The notes under the pieces were generated by a model. It did no database searches, was not told the origin of the DNA, and was given only the letters and a program-made list of their open reading frames with translations. This document shows, piece by piece, positions 37,475 through 50,259 of a DNA stretch of 64,000 nt. A program made the position numbers and the translations under genes. Source of the DNA: Eutreptiella sp. 'Long Island Sound 2002' (lineage: Eukaryota; Protista; Euglenida); NCBI GenBank assembly GCA_964036045.1, contig OZ038378.1, positions 125,178,001-125,242,000 on the forward strand, read 5' to 3'. The first letter of the stretch is position 1. Each line of letters starts with the position of its first letter.

Positions 37475-37799
37475 TTGCTCTATTTATGCTGAAGCATGCA
37501 CAATATTGCAAGTAACTATGCGCCCACTCGGAATTCAGTTATCTGCGTCTAAGACCAAACTTATCGGAGTATTAGGGCAGTGAAATTAGTTTGCAGACGA
37601 CGATAGTTGCACCTGCAACAAGCCGTCAAAGCACATGGGGTGATTGCAAAAAATGAGCCACGGAGTCTGGCTACCGTAGCTACACCTCAACAGTCGGACG
37701 TCCCCACAGGGGTGCGGCCAATGCCCGAAGTAGCGAAGGTGCCAAACACGGGCGGATGTTCAGTTGGGGGGTGTCCTAGTTGTACCCCTCCACCCAGCT

Positions 37800-37970
37800 G
37801 GCTCCCTTACTCTCTTGGACTCGCTCTCTTTCTTTCTCTGGCTTGCTCTCTCTGCGCTTCAGTCACTCTCTTGGGCTCGCTCTCTTTCTCTGGCCGGCTC
37901 GCATCCCCTCAGTCTTGCTCACCCTCCTGGGCTCCCTCTCTCCCTTTCTACGTCTCGCGCTCTCTCTCTT
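37800..37970. repeat. CT-rich low-complexity tract
   Basis: Directly visible. Confidence 0.8.
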
Positions 37971-38652
37971 ATATACTCAGAGCAATGCTTTGTACGATGT
38001 AGCAAAATTGGAGGAGCACAGAAAAACGTTTACTTATTGTAAAAGCAGGGGGCATAAGGCTGATGACGAAAGAAGAAGATGACCCAGAAATCTGCCCCAA
38101 GAGCACAGAAAACAGAAGGTAGAGCGTTCTGAATGCTCTCCTACATGCCAAAGAGCGCAGTAGGAGGTAGCTGCACGGCATGTGGACACTGATTGGTTGT
38201 CTGGCTGATGTATGCATGACTGAATGACTGATGGACCAAACGACAGGCCTCAATAGCTCCTGTCTCAGCAACGACAGGATGTTGCTGCACCTACTGGCTA
38301 ACAAAGCAGATCTTCAGGAGTACTCCAGACGTCAGTGTGCAACTATGTCTGCATTGCATTGGTAACGTGCATCATGGTCAAAACACTGTACACACGGTAA
38401 GGAGCAATTGTGCAATACAACCGGCATTGTGTAAGAAACCAAGCATAGCCAAAGATGAACTGTCTTACACAGTGTTGGGCAGCAAGGCAAAAACTGCACC
38501 GGACACTCAAAAGGCTACTGCCCTAACAGCTGTTAAACTGTGTCATGACAACAGTTTCCAGCCGTGCTCTCCTTCACCCACCAATCAGTTACCCGGCCCA
38601 ATGCGTAATGAATTGTACACTGTCATTGTGGGACAAACACCAAGGATACACA

Positions 38653-41600
38653 GGTAGGTAGGTAGGTAGGTCGTCTCGGGACTGGGGCTGCCCCCCGGGG
38701 GGGTCTTAACAAGGAGCTTTTGCTCATTCATTCCAAGCCATACTTCACGTGCCCCCACAAGGCGGCTCACCCACATGGGGGAAGGGCGCGGTCGCCAGGA
38801 GCAGTACCCTACTGCGGGTTCTGCCCAGAGAGGTAACCCATGATCAACCAAAGTCTCACATTCCTCTCCTTGGGGCGGATGATACGTGGGGGAGGGTGCG
38901 ATCGCACATCCTCATCAACCTCCAGTTTCTGGGGCCCAGGGGCCCGGAGCCAGGCCAAACGTCCTGTCCTGCGGGCACCCCCACCTGGGTTGGTTTTCAG
39001 TAGGCGTGAGACGACTTGGAGAAGCACGTGCTACGGGACTAGCATGCCGTGACGCGTGCTCATGCCTCCTGACTCAGTTGAGCTTGCGCTCTCCCGGGGG
39101 GCCGGGGGTTCGGTGCAGTTTGTCAATGTTAGTTGGTGGGTTGCGTAATGGTAGGGTTGCGGTGTTCTGTCTTGTCCGCGGGTATGGTGGTAGGCGGGTG
39201 TGGCGCATCACGGTGTGGCCAACCCGTTTGATGCCATCCCCGTATCAAGCCGTACACGCCTCGCTGGTTTAGTGTTGGCCGACATGCGTGTGGCCTGTTT
39301 ATGGATAGGTCCGGGCTGCAGCTGCGGTGTGGTTGGTGTGCGGTGGTCTTGGCTGCCTCATGGTCAGCTTGGTCAGCGGGGGTTCCGTCGCGCTGCTGCC
39401 AGTTGTTGCATAGCCGGATGTTGTTCGTGTAGCCGGTTGGCTCGCGTCGGCGCTGGTTAGTCGCGTCTTGGGGCCTCCTTTTGCAGCGTAGTGTAGTTTG
39501 TTAATGTTGGTTGGCCGCCTGTGTACTGGTAGAGTTGCGGTGATCTGTTGTGTCCGCTGTTATGGTTGTCCCCGGGTGTGGCGCATCATGGTGTGGCCAA
39601 CCTGTTTGGCACCGTTCCCGTGTGGACCTATGAACGCCTGGCTGCTTTAGTGTTGGCCAGCTCGCGTGTGGTCTGTTTATGGTGAGGTTGTGGCTGCAGC
39701 TGCGGAAGGGTTGGTGCGCGGTGGTCTTGGCCCCTCTGTGATCGGCTTGGTTAGCGTGGGTTCCGTCGCTCTGCTGCCGGATGTGGTTTGTGTAGCCGGT
39801 TCGTTCGTGCCGGCCTTGGTCAGTCCCTTCTTGGTTCATCCAATTGCAGTGCAGTGTAGTGTGGTAATGGTGGTTGGTCGGTTGCGTATTGGTAGAGCTG
39901 CGGTGTTCTGTTGTGCTCGTGGGTGTGGTGGTTGGCGGGCGTGGTGCATCACGGTGTGGCTGATGCGGCTGATTCGTCTGGGTTCCTCGTGTGTTTCACC
40001 GACCGCGCAGGCTGTTACGTGCTGCTTGGCATCTGGTCTTGACCCCTCCGTGACCGCTGCTGAGGAAACGCTTTGAAAATGGGTACGACATGCCCTGCCC
40101 CGCCCTGGAGCCAGCATTACATTCACAATCCGGCATCTTGTACGTCGCGGTGCCCTTTGGATATCCTTTCGGTCTCGCTTGTGCCGATCCTATGTACATC
40201 CCCATCAGTGGCAAAGGCCCTTCGGTTCGCCATCCTCTTCGGTGCATCCCCTTGTTCCCTATGGGAGCCCCAGGGGGGCTGTGCCTGTCTGGTGGTGCGG
40301 TGTTCCCGCTCGCGTCTGCTGGCCACTTGCCTTGGCTCGGTTCGCGAGGTGCTGGGCTCGCTGTGTTCCGTGCTGCGCCACGCTTCACGGCTCTGGTGGT
40401 GTGTGCAGCAGTGTCCGAGGGGGGATGCCGGAGATCAGGGTGGTTCGGCTTGGTGGCACGCCGGCCTTTAGTCTGGCGTGGTGGTTCTCTGGGCCCCCTG
40501 TCGTCGACGCCGTCACAAGCGTTCTGTGATCTGGTGCCCTGGTGTTCAAGTTTCCCGGAGGCCACGCGCTTTGGTGCTGGTGTCGCATTCGTCCCTCAAC
40601 CCCCTGGCCTTGAATATAGCATGCTCGCAGATTGTGTGCCCTGACGTCAGGACCCGATGTGTGCTGCTATGGGCGCCCTGTGACCTGATGCCCTGGTGTA
40701 TGATTTTCTCGGAGGTCATGCGTGCCGGCGGTACATTCGTCCCTGGACGTCCCTGGACCCCGCCCCCGGAGGTAACATTCTCAAGGCTTATGTGCTCCGG
40801 TGTCGGGGAACCCTGTACGGCGCAGCGGGCTGGGCTCGGCGTAATATTCTCGTGTTCGCCATCGGGACCCGGCATCCCGTGGGTCTCGTATGTTTGGCTG
40901 CACCCCTTGGTTCACCTGATGTCTCGTTTGTCGGAAAGGGAGGTCATGCAGAAAGATAGGTCCGTGTCAGGGTCCCCTTCCCTTTCCTTGAAAATGATCG
41001 GTATTTGGGGTGTGGGGAGAGTGGCCCCTATCCGGGATACATGGGAGGAATGGGCTCGGTGGTGTCATTGGGTAAGTGTCCGTGCTCCATAGCACGGGTT
41101 GTAGGACTGTCAAGGTTGACCCGCATTTGCGGGCGCCCGCAGCAGAATTTGGGTAGCCCAGTGTAACTCTCGCCGGTGCGCCCGATCTACAGGTGTCGAC
41201 GGCGTGGGGTTTTGCGGGGGGCCCTCCTGGGCATGGTTGGCCTGCCTGGGGTTGTCGGGGCTTATGGCTGGTCCCTCAGCCGTTGGTTTGACGCCCATCT
41301 TCGAGACCTAGGGTGGGCTGAGGCGGTCCCAATGGTGCCGCAATGCCTTCTCATCAGCGAGTAGTTGCCGTGGGGCCCGTGCCACGTGTGCGCGGCGGTG
41401 TGTCGTCTCATATCGGCCGCCGTGCCCCTCTGGTTCTTGGAGGGTCCTCCGGCCGGTCGCCGCGACTTAAGGGGGGGGGAGGTGCGGATAGCCGCCGGTG
41501 TTGTGCCCTTTCACTGCCGGTGCCCGGTTGTAGCGCGCCGGGCAAGCGTGTGCTGTGTTGGGTGGGGCGCGGCGGTCCCGATGGAGTTGCCTTGCCCGTT

Positions 41601-44600
41601 CTTGGGGGCGTGTTCCTGGTTTCGGCTCGCGGTGGGTTAGGGCCCTCGGGGGTTCCCCCGAGGTCGAACGAGGGGGCTGCGGAGGGCGCCGAAGATCTTG
41701 TGCACAAGGGCTGCGTGCGCTGCTCGGGCTTCCGTCTTAGTGCTGATGGTGGGCGGCAGTTTTCTGTTCAGCGCCAGCACCCGGATCTGGTTGATTGCAA
41801 AGACGGGGCACAGCTTTCCCGTAGCGGGGCTCTCCGTCGTTCGCTCGTGTTGGGGGATGGCCTCCAGTTGCTGCCGGCCGTCCAGGCGGAACCTCCACGT
41901 CGCGAACCAGTCCTTAGTGTGCGACCACCGGCGCTGAGCCCACCGCCAGAGGCAGTAAAGGGCATGCCCCGGGTGCCAGCTGCCAGCTCCAAGGGACGCG
42001 ACAGTCGTTAGTGGGTCCGGGGGCTGGTTTTGGGGCAGGGGGGTGGGGCTGTCCGGCAGGGCTGCGCTCGCTTGGAGCATGTAATCAACGGCTTCCAGGT
42101 TCCGGTGGAGCTCCTGCGGGTGAGGGTTGATTCGCACCTGGTAGTAGTGGCCACTTTCCAACCTGATCATGGACATGGTGCTGGGGTTATCTTCGCGTCA
42201 TCGGGGTCCTGGGCTTGCCCTCTCCGCCCCTGGTGGGTATCGCTCCACCATGTCCCTGAGGTTGCGCCCCCTGTCCGGGCTGTCCTGCTTTCCCAGTCCG
42301 CCAGGCCATTGTACGTCGGGATGTTGAGGGTGTTACCCCTTGGTTGTGGGGTGGCTTGTTCCCAGCTCCGGGGCTTGGCGCGGGCCTGGGCTCCGTCGGC
42401 GGCTCAATGAGCGTGTGTGCCCAGCTCAGGTGCGGGACCCACAAGCGTTCCTGGTCCGGCTGGTTGAAGTTGAACATCCAGATCCACGCGTCGATGAGGT
42501 TGTCTGCGATCTGCATCCCGGTTGTGACGAGTGCCTGGAGCTGCCGCACAGAGATGTTGGTGGCTGCGGCATGCGGCAGGGGGACCACGGCAAAGACCCC
42601 GTTTGGGATGACATCCTGGAGGTGTCTCCAGAGGGCGGCCACCAGCTCGCATGGGGGTGTGTTGGCGTGGATGTCGTAGATTGCCTTCAGTTCCTGCCTC
42701 TCAAGGGGGTCGGTGTCGCTCTGTTGTGGTGGTCTGGGGGGTGGGGGTGTGTTGGCGTGGATGTCGTAGATTGCCTTCAGTTCCTCCCTATCAAGGGGGT
42801 CCGTGTCCCTCTGTTGTGGTGCCAGCTGGGGTGGGGTGCCCCGTGATGGTGTCAGGGTGTCCCTCAGATACGCGCCCTGTTGAGGGCTCTTGTTGCGGGG
42901 ACATCGGACGCCAAGCGGTGGTGGGCAGGGAGCTATCCAACTCCTGAGGGCCGCAGGCCTCTGTCATTTCTTCCCCCGCTCCCGCGTCGCCTGCGTTGTG
43001 CCCCCGCTGTTGTGCTGCATCCTCCCTGTCCCGTTGGCTTGGCCGCGTCACTGCCAGGGTGCGGAGCCCCGTGGCGCATTGGCCCGGTTGGCCGGGTGGC
43101 CATGCCCGTGTCCGGGGCTGGTGCTGTCACGCCCGACGGGCGTGGGGGGGCTTTGAGGGGTTCGTCCCCCCACCCCCTGTCCGGGTTGGTGGTCTGCTGC
43201 GGGCCCCCTTGGCGCGCGTCCGCAGTCTTCTGTCCGACCGGCAGCGGACCGGCCGGTGACGCTGGGAGGGGGGCGGCAGACGAGCTGGATGCACCTTCTG
43301 TTGCCTGGTGGGGCCATGTGTGGGGCGCTGCCTGCCGCGCTCGCTCGGCCGGCATAGCAATGGTGGGGATGTGCGTCCGCTCGGTGCGGGGCCTCGTTGA
43401 CCGGCGCCGGGGATCGGCGGTACGTGATGCTTGTCGGGCTGGCGCGTCGTCAGGGCCTCCACGACCTCTGTCCGCCCCCTTGTGGAAGACGACTCGCCAT
43501 GCTGCGGGGGTGGCGTGCGGCTGCGGCGCCGGCATCGGTCAGGGATCAGCGCTTCCTGGTGCCGGTCTGGCGTCCGCGAGGCGGGCGTCACGCCCTCCAT
43601 CCCGGGGCATGAGGGCTGCCGCGGTCCCACCACGGTGCGAATGGTCAGATGGGGCTCCCATGTGTGCTGGAGGGGGAACCCACACCGGGTGGTGGCCCAT
43701 GGTGGCGTCTTGGGGAGTCATGGCGTGCCATTTGCCTTGGGGGCTGGGGGACGACTTGGGACCGTGGTTGCTGGTGTCCCGGGGCGTGTCCCTCGGGGCA
43801 CGGAGACCCAGAGATGGTCCAGATGTTGTGCCCTTGCATGGCTGCATGGACGCGGAGGGCTGTGCGTTGGTGCCGCCGCCAGTGTAGCCCGTTCATTTCA
43901 TCCGGGCTATAGGTCCCCATATGTGCCATGAGCCGGATGGCCACGTAGTGCCACTGGCTGGGGTGGTCCATGGTGGTGGGCTGTGTGTGCGGTGCAGCCT
44001 GATGGCCGAAGGCAACGTCTGCCATGGTGCCGGTTCCATCCTCGAGGTGGTGTAGCTCCTGAAGCAGCCACCAGATGCTGACTCCCAGGGCGAGCTGCTC
44101 CCCTGCGGTGGTCCTGGTGATTCACAGGTCCAGGTCCCGGGCCGCCGCCTCTTCCGCGTGGGTGTTTGGGCGGCGGGCGCCGCCTTCCGAGCGCGCGTAG
44201 TCCAGATGCCCCCGCCCCGAGTCTGGGCTGACCCGTGGTGGCTGTTCAGCAGGCTCGCTAGCGGTGTTGGTGTCGGTCTCCACACGCGTTCCGCTCCCTT
44301 GCGCGCTGTGGCGGGGCGGTTCGACCGGGGTCGGATCCGCTGCCCCGCTTGCGGTCGCGCGCCCGTCATCTGTGGCGGCGGTGTAGTCAGTCCTTGCCCC
44401 CACGGTGGCGTCACCGCGCTGGAGGTGTGCCTGGCGGGACGACGTGAGGGGTTCCCTAGGGGGTTCCAGTGCAGGCTCTGTATGGTCGCCTCGTGGCTCC
44501 TGGTGGCTGCGTGGGGCAGTCGGCGCTGCGTCGGTTGGGGGGTTGCTCCTGCAGGACGCCATGAAGGCGTCGAAAGACTCATCATCGCGGGTGTGTCTGC

Positions 44601-47450
44601 CGGGCGACGGCCCCTGGTCGGTTGCGCGCTTGGCTGTGTTGGGGGTTGCTGCCCGGGTGTCGGACTCGGCCCGGGCTTGAGGCTGGTCCTGGGTAAGTGC
44701 CTCCCCGGACGTTGCGTCCCATGGCGTGCCCGTGCTGCTGCGGTTTGCTCCAGCTGTGGATGGAGCGGCGCCTGCATGACCCGCGGTCCACGCCTCATGG
44801 GCAGGCGGTGGGGGAGGGTTGGTTGCATGCCCGGCGCCCGGCGTCTGTCCCCCAGGTACCGTGTTGGCCAGTGTCCGGTGCCTTGCTGCTTTCACCTGCC
44901 GCCATGTCTGGCGGCTGATTGGCTGGCTTGCTGGTGTGCTGGCCATCCGGCTGGCCCGTCATTCCGCCAGGTCACTCCGCTCTGGGTGGTCCACGGGCGT
45001 TTAGGTCCGCCGTTGGCACCTGCTGCTACCTTCTGCTGCAGGCGTCCTTCCCCATCCTCCGTGGCCCCAGCACCCCTGTCCACCGTGGGCTCCTCGCTTT
45101 GTGGCTGGGTTGGCGCTGCGGGTGGAGCGGCTGCGTCGTCTTTTGTCGGCCTCGCTGCATGGGTTTGGCCATCTGGTACGGATGCCGGCCTGGGCTGGCT
45201 TCCCATGTGGCGTGCCAGTGTTCGCGTTCTACCACTCCCCTCCGCCGCGGTGGGCCGGGCTACCGGTGTCCTGCCCTCGGGATGCCCTCAGAATGCAGGA
45301 CCACCGTCGGGAGCCCGTGGCCTGGCATCTTCGCCTCTGGGTCGTCGGTCGCTATGGTGGCGCGCGCCGGGTCCGGGCCCGGGTCCGGGCTGGGGACCTG
45401 GGGACTACCAGGCGGCGCTTCCGTTGGCCGTACTGCCCGTCCGGCTGGTTGTCCTTGGCTTTGATGGGGCGCCGGTTCGGCCTGCGCCGCGGCTGGTGGA
45501 TGGTACCCTGGGGTCGACGTGCAGGGCGCCGCTGGAGCCTGGGGACTGGGGCTCCATGTGGGGACGTGGGCGTGGGGGCTCATGGTGCCTAGGGGTTGCT
45601 CGGGCCAGGCGCTGGTGGCGTCGGTCGGGGTAAGGGTACGCGTCTGTGTGAGAGTCGGTCTTGGAGTTGGAGTGGGAGGGGCGTCGGACGGTGTGTGTGT
45701 GGGGCTTGCTGCCGGTCGGACTGGGGGGTTGCGGGGCGAGTGTGGCTCCGGGTCGGCCTGTGTCGGGGCCGCCAGCTGGTGGCCGCTTGTGGACGCGTCG
45801 GGTGGCGTTTGGGGCTGTGGACCCGGGTCGCCGCCGGGGCCCGAGCCTGGGCTCTTTTGTGGGCGCATGGTGCTGAAGGGTTGCTCGGGCCGGGCGCTTG
45901 TGGTTGCCGTATTTGTGCAGCTCGGCACGCTTCGCCTCCCAGTGAGTGGTGGCTGGTGCTGCCGGGTTGCTGTGGCCGCGTGGTGTTGCGGTGTCGGCGG
46001 GTGTTGTTGTGCCGCCCGTTTGGCCGCACGTTCTTGTTGGGGCCTTTGTTGCCTGCCGGTCCCCGATGGTGCCCGAGCGCCCGTAGTCCTTGTGGCGTCC
46101 ATGGCCTGCGGCCGGTGGATCGTGTGGGGGGTGGAGGTGGATGGGCTGGATGAGGTTGAGGTCTTTGGGCTTCTTGGCGCGCTGGTCCCCGATGGTGCCG
46201 GAGCGCGTGCACTTGTAGCCCTGGTTGCGGCGGTGGTGCGCGGCCGGGGCTGGGTGGTGATGGTGGCGACTCTCTGGGTGGAAGTGGAGGAGCTCTGGTG
46301 TCGGGCACCCCCGGCCGTCATTTGGGCCACTACTGCATTGCCGTACGCGCCCGCCTGCATTGGTGGAACAAGTGGTTGGCGGGCCCTGACGCGCCACTGA
46401 CACGAGTCTGTGGGGGAGGGGTATCTCCCTCCATGTTAGATAGGTGGCCATCAGCCTTTCGGGTGCCCCCTCCGTCATGCCCCCTCTGCGGCGGAAATAA
46501 TCCCCCCACTCCTGGCCATGGGCGCCGCGAGCGATCCCCATGGCCCATTGTGCGTTCCCTACCAGCCAGCGGAAGGTGAACGGGAGGCGGGTGGTAAGGG
46601 TGAGGACGGTGGTGCGCCAGTTTTCGAGGTTCATGGGGCCAATGGGGCCCCAACTGTCCGGCAGATTGCTGACGGGGGGCAGGCTGCCCCGTGGCACGCC
46701 ACCGTAATGTTCGTGGTCTGGAACCCAGACCGTGGGTTCTTCCTCCCAGTATGGCAGCCTCCACGTTGGTGCGCGCCAGGGGGGGCGAGGCGGCGGTGCC
46801 GCCGGGTCCTGCTCGCCGAGGACATCCAGCCATGTATTGTCGGGGCTATCCCCTCCGTCGGCGTCGGGGGTAGCTGGCACGTTCTTGGCAATCAGCCCGC
46901 GCAGCCTGTGGAGCGTGAGGTCGTCGGTGTGGGTTTCTCGCAGTGGCGGGGCTGTGCAGAGGGGCTGCGCCCGTCTGCAAAGTGGGCAGGCATGCAGCCG
47001 GGCGATGCACTGGCTGCAGAACTAGTGCATCCTTTCGGCGCTGCTGCAGCCGAGGTCATGCCCAAGGAGCGGGGCGTTGAAGTCTTCGACTTTTTTCCAG
47101 CAGATGTTGCACGGATTCCCAGGTTCCCGCCGATGTGGGCCTTCACCAGCAGGCATCCTGAGGAGAGGTACAGGTCATGGGACAATCAGGTTACCTTATG
47201 GGAGTGCGCGCGCCTTTGTGCAGTGCGGTGTGGTGGGTGGTGCGGTTGCAGTCCCCTGGGGGTTGCTGTGTGTCAGTGCGTGTTGCCAGTCGTTGGGTTG
47301 CGCTGGCTGGTAATGGATGAGGAGGTTGTAATACACACGGTGGGCGTGGGAGGTCTGTTGTGCTTCCTGTGTGTACAGCTGGATGCCCTGCTGCAGCTGT
47401 GCATCTGCCCTCTTGACGGCGGTGAGTTGCATGTGACGTACTGTGGTTTT
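38653..47450 (-). mobile_element. GC-rich retroelement-like sequence with Ulp1-like protease and 3' (ACCT)n
   Basis: Minus-strand gag-like block (46350-46780), Pro-rich spacer, protease (41637-42840) and an end homologous to copies A and B (CCCAGTCCCGAGACG-ACCTACCT). No convincing RT in this copy. Confidence 0.5.
41637..42840 (-). pseudogene. Ulp1/SENP-like (clan CE) cysteine protease, one frameshift
   Basis: QIADNLIDAWIWMFN (W-L-x-D-x-x-I helix), ESGHYYQV (His), EAVDY (Asp), RQQ...LCPVFAINQ (Gln/Cys). Preceded by an in-frame 90-bp duplication (42661/42751). Confidence 0.6.
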
Positions 47451-47759
47451 ACACCAGACGCCCAAAAGGCTACTGCCGCAACAGTGCTGTGACACTGTGT
47501 CATGGTAACAGTTTCCAGCCGTGCTCGCCCTCACCAAGCACTCAGTGATCCAGCCCCACAAGTAATGAATTGTACACTGTCATTGTGGGACAAACGTCGA
47601 GGATACACACTGTTGTTGCTGGTAGGAGGCGGTTTGGAATGTAGGCCTCGCCCGAGAAAAAGGGATCCCCCACCTAGAGTTTGTGGACTGTCTGTCTGCC
47701 GTGTCTGCTCTGAGGCAAAAAGCTGCCGCATCAGGAGAAGTAGTGCTGTAGTGTGTTGT

Positions 47760-49700
47760 GGTCCCGTGACACGTTCTGGCTTTCTGTTGTGCCAACCTGG
47801 GTTTACCAACGTTTGTTTGTGGCAACATTTGACCTCATACTTCTCATCACCAGCAGCGGACTCAAAGAAATTTGTTACGCGTTCACCTCTTATTTACAAA
47901 CACTTGATCACAAAATCTGAACGTCATTGAAGGCAAGGAAGGCTAAGCTTTGTTGCAGTGTTTTGTAGTGTCACTCTTAATGCTGCTCTGTCCTAATCAG
48001 AGATAGTCCCAGTTAGGTCCTACACACAGCTAGTGTCAGCTCAAAGCACAAGAATGACAAACCAAAGGTGCACTGAACCTCGACTCCAACCCTCTCGAAA
48101 CTTCTAGTAAGTGGCTACTAGTCTCATGCACTAATGTGGTAAGAGAACCTGATGATATAGGCCCCGTTGTTTCACATCGCGTTGGTCTCAGTTGTTCTGA
48201 CGTTCTGGATCCTCAGTTCTGAGCTATGTGAAGTGCTGATACACCACGTTGGTGGTGGCTGTTTGATTCAGTTACAGCCCCTCACACTCACTCCTGGAAA
48301 AGCCAAAGCCTGTTCAGGCCTCTTGAAAGAGGGAAACAAACAGTCCATCTTTGAAACAAACATTTCACAGTTCAATGAATGCATACAGATGCACTGCTGC
48401 CTGCTCATCGCACACAAACAATATAAACATAACACACACACTGGCTATCAGCTATCACTGAATAAGAACAAACTGTTAGCGAACTCTGTAGAATTCTGTT
48501 GATCACATGCACCATGTCTTGTATGCTTGGTCCTGCAGGTGCCCCGAAGCGGAAACACAGCTTGATGCTTCGGGCCTGCGGAAGCGTAAGCGCAGTAGTG
48601 GCCATGGTGTCGTGGACTTCGCAATGATGTTCGTTTCTCTTCTTCTTTGGATTCTTCCTCTTCTTCTGCTTGTAGCACTTGAGGAAATTATTGGGAGCAG
48701 GGTCGTCTCGCATTTAACACTCTTCTCACAACTCAGAAGAGTCCAAGTCAGCGTTGAGCACTCGTGCCGCACACCGTTGTAGACTTCTGCCCACTTTTCC
48801 TCCTATGGAGCATCTCAACACCACATTCTGATCGCCCTTTCCTTTCCTTTTATAACCTTGTTGTCGCACTCAAAGCTTGTTTTCAAAATTGAAATAGGAG
48901 TGCCCCAGCGCCGCTCGTTCTGTAGCAGTAACTCCAAAATAGTCTTTCCAATCTCCTCTGTCATAAGACCATCGAACCACCGTGGAGCAGCAGGTAGCAA
49001 ACAGGGCACCTTGGGACTGGGCGACTGATGAGCATATCAGCGACAGTAAACGCAAAAAAGTCCTGGTCCAGCTGTCCCTCTGACACACGTGCTAGAAGCG
49101 GTATCAGGGGCATTTTGAAACACTTTGTCCCACCATCAAAAGCACTGGTCCGGCAGAAATCTTCTCATCAGAATCTGGCTTCCTCAGTGGTTGCCAACCA
49201 GCTTTGCCCTTCTTGTTTCTCCTCCTTTGACGGCCAGATGGTCAAGAAGACTGTAGGCGAGGGGTAGATTCTGCACCCACATTATTCTCAAAAAAGTCTC
49301 AGACTCATGTTGTAAGTCCTGCTTGGGCTGTGAAAGTGGCGCAGATTGTACCTCCGCACCAGAATTTGGTTGGGCTTTGGAAGACGGATTGTTCCTTTTC
49401 ACATCAGCACCTGTTTTTGACCGATTTCTCCAAAACCGAAGATTCGGATACCCGAGTCCTCAGTAACCCGAATTGTCTTGTAACTGCGCCCTTGCGGGCG
49501 GAGTATGGTTTTCAGGTAACTTCCCTAAGAGCCCATTTACAGAGGGTAAAATTGCAAAATAACGATCGGATCCCGTACAAATGCGACGTCTGCTACGAAG
49601 CTTTTTTGGCCAAAAAAATCCATCCTTGCCCCTTTTTTTGTTTATTTATTATTTTAGCCTGAAATGGCGAACTTCCGACATCCGCAGCAAGAATGCCGTG
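47760..49700 (-). pseudogene. Fragmented unidentified ORF, probably TE-derived
   Basis: Several short non-low-complexity minus-strand ORFs in series. No motif recognised. Confidence 0.25.
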
Positions 49701-50059
49701 CGCGCAGACACCACACAGCAAAAGCCGCATGTACCGCAGCTCCAGTGCGAACAGGAGTTTTTTCAGATTGAAAAACAATGACTTCTGTTGCACCCTACTT
49801 CAGTTTTTTGTTTGGTGTACCTTGTCGGATACTGTCACCCTCTTTCAGTGTCTGTTGGGGTTGAACATCTACGGTCCTGAGGCTGCAGCAATGATTGCTG
49901 ACCCTCTCACATCATCTGGGAGGGGTCTAGCCTTGCTTCGCAATGTACTGCGCTTGTGTGCAACTGCAAAACCTGTTGTTCACTTGGAGGTCAATAGCTT
50001 GACGTGGTACGCCACGCTTTTCTGCACACCTCGTGCTGCGGTGTGTTTATCGCTGGAAC

Positions 50060-50259
50060 AAGTTCTCGGAGACGCACCCCGGACACCTGCACTGGGAAGC
50101 GACAATATTGCCCTCCCAAGGACCTCCAGGAGCGGCTTGAGGGGCACCTGAACTAGGGCAGTGAAAGGGACAGGACACCCCCTTGGTAAGACTTTCTTCC
50201 TGCATTCTAAAAGGAGGCCTCCTGAGCTCCCAAATATACCTAACTACCTACCCACCTAG
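50060..50259 (+). repeat. Truncated terminal module of the (ACCT)n-ended family (copy C)
   Basis: Homologous to 37300-37474 (GGAGCGGCT...GGGCAGTG..AGGGACAGGAC...AAGAC...GAGCTCCCA..ACCTAACTACCTACCCACCTAG). Confidence 0.7.

Noticed and set aside
38058-38070. Hammerhead ribozyme core (CTGATGA...GAAA)
   Set aside because: CTGATGA is followed immediately by CGAAA, leaving no stem II, and no flanking stems are evident.
43000-46400. 491-aa and 366-aa ORFs as genes
   Set aside because: Low-complexity Pro/Ala/Arg/Gly sequence open on both strands. Only the 46350-46780 block looks protein-like.
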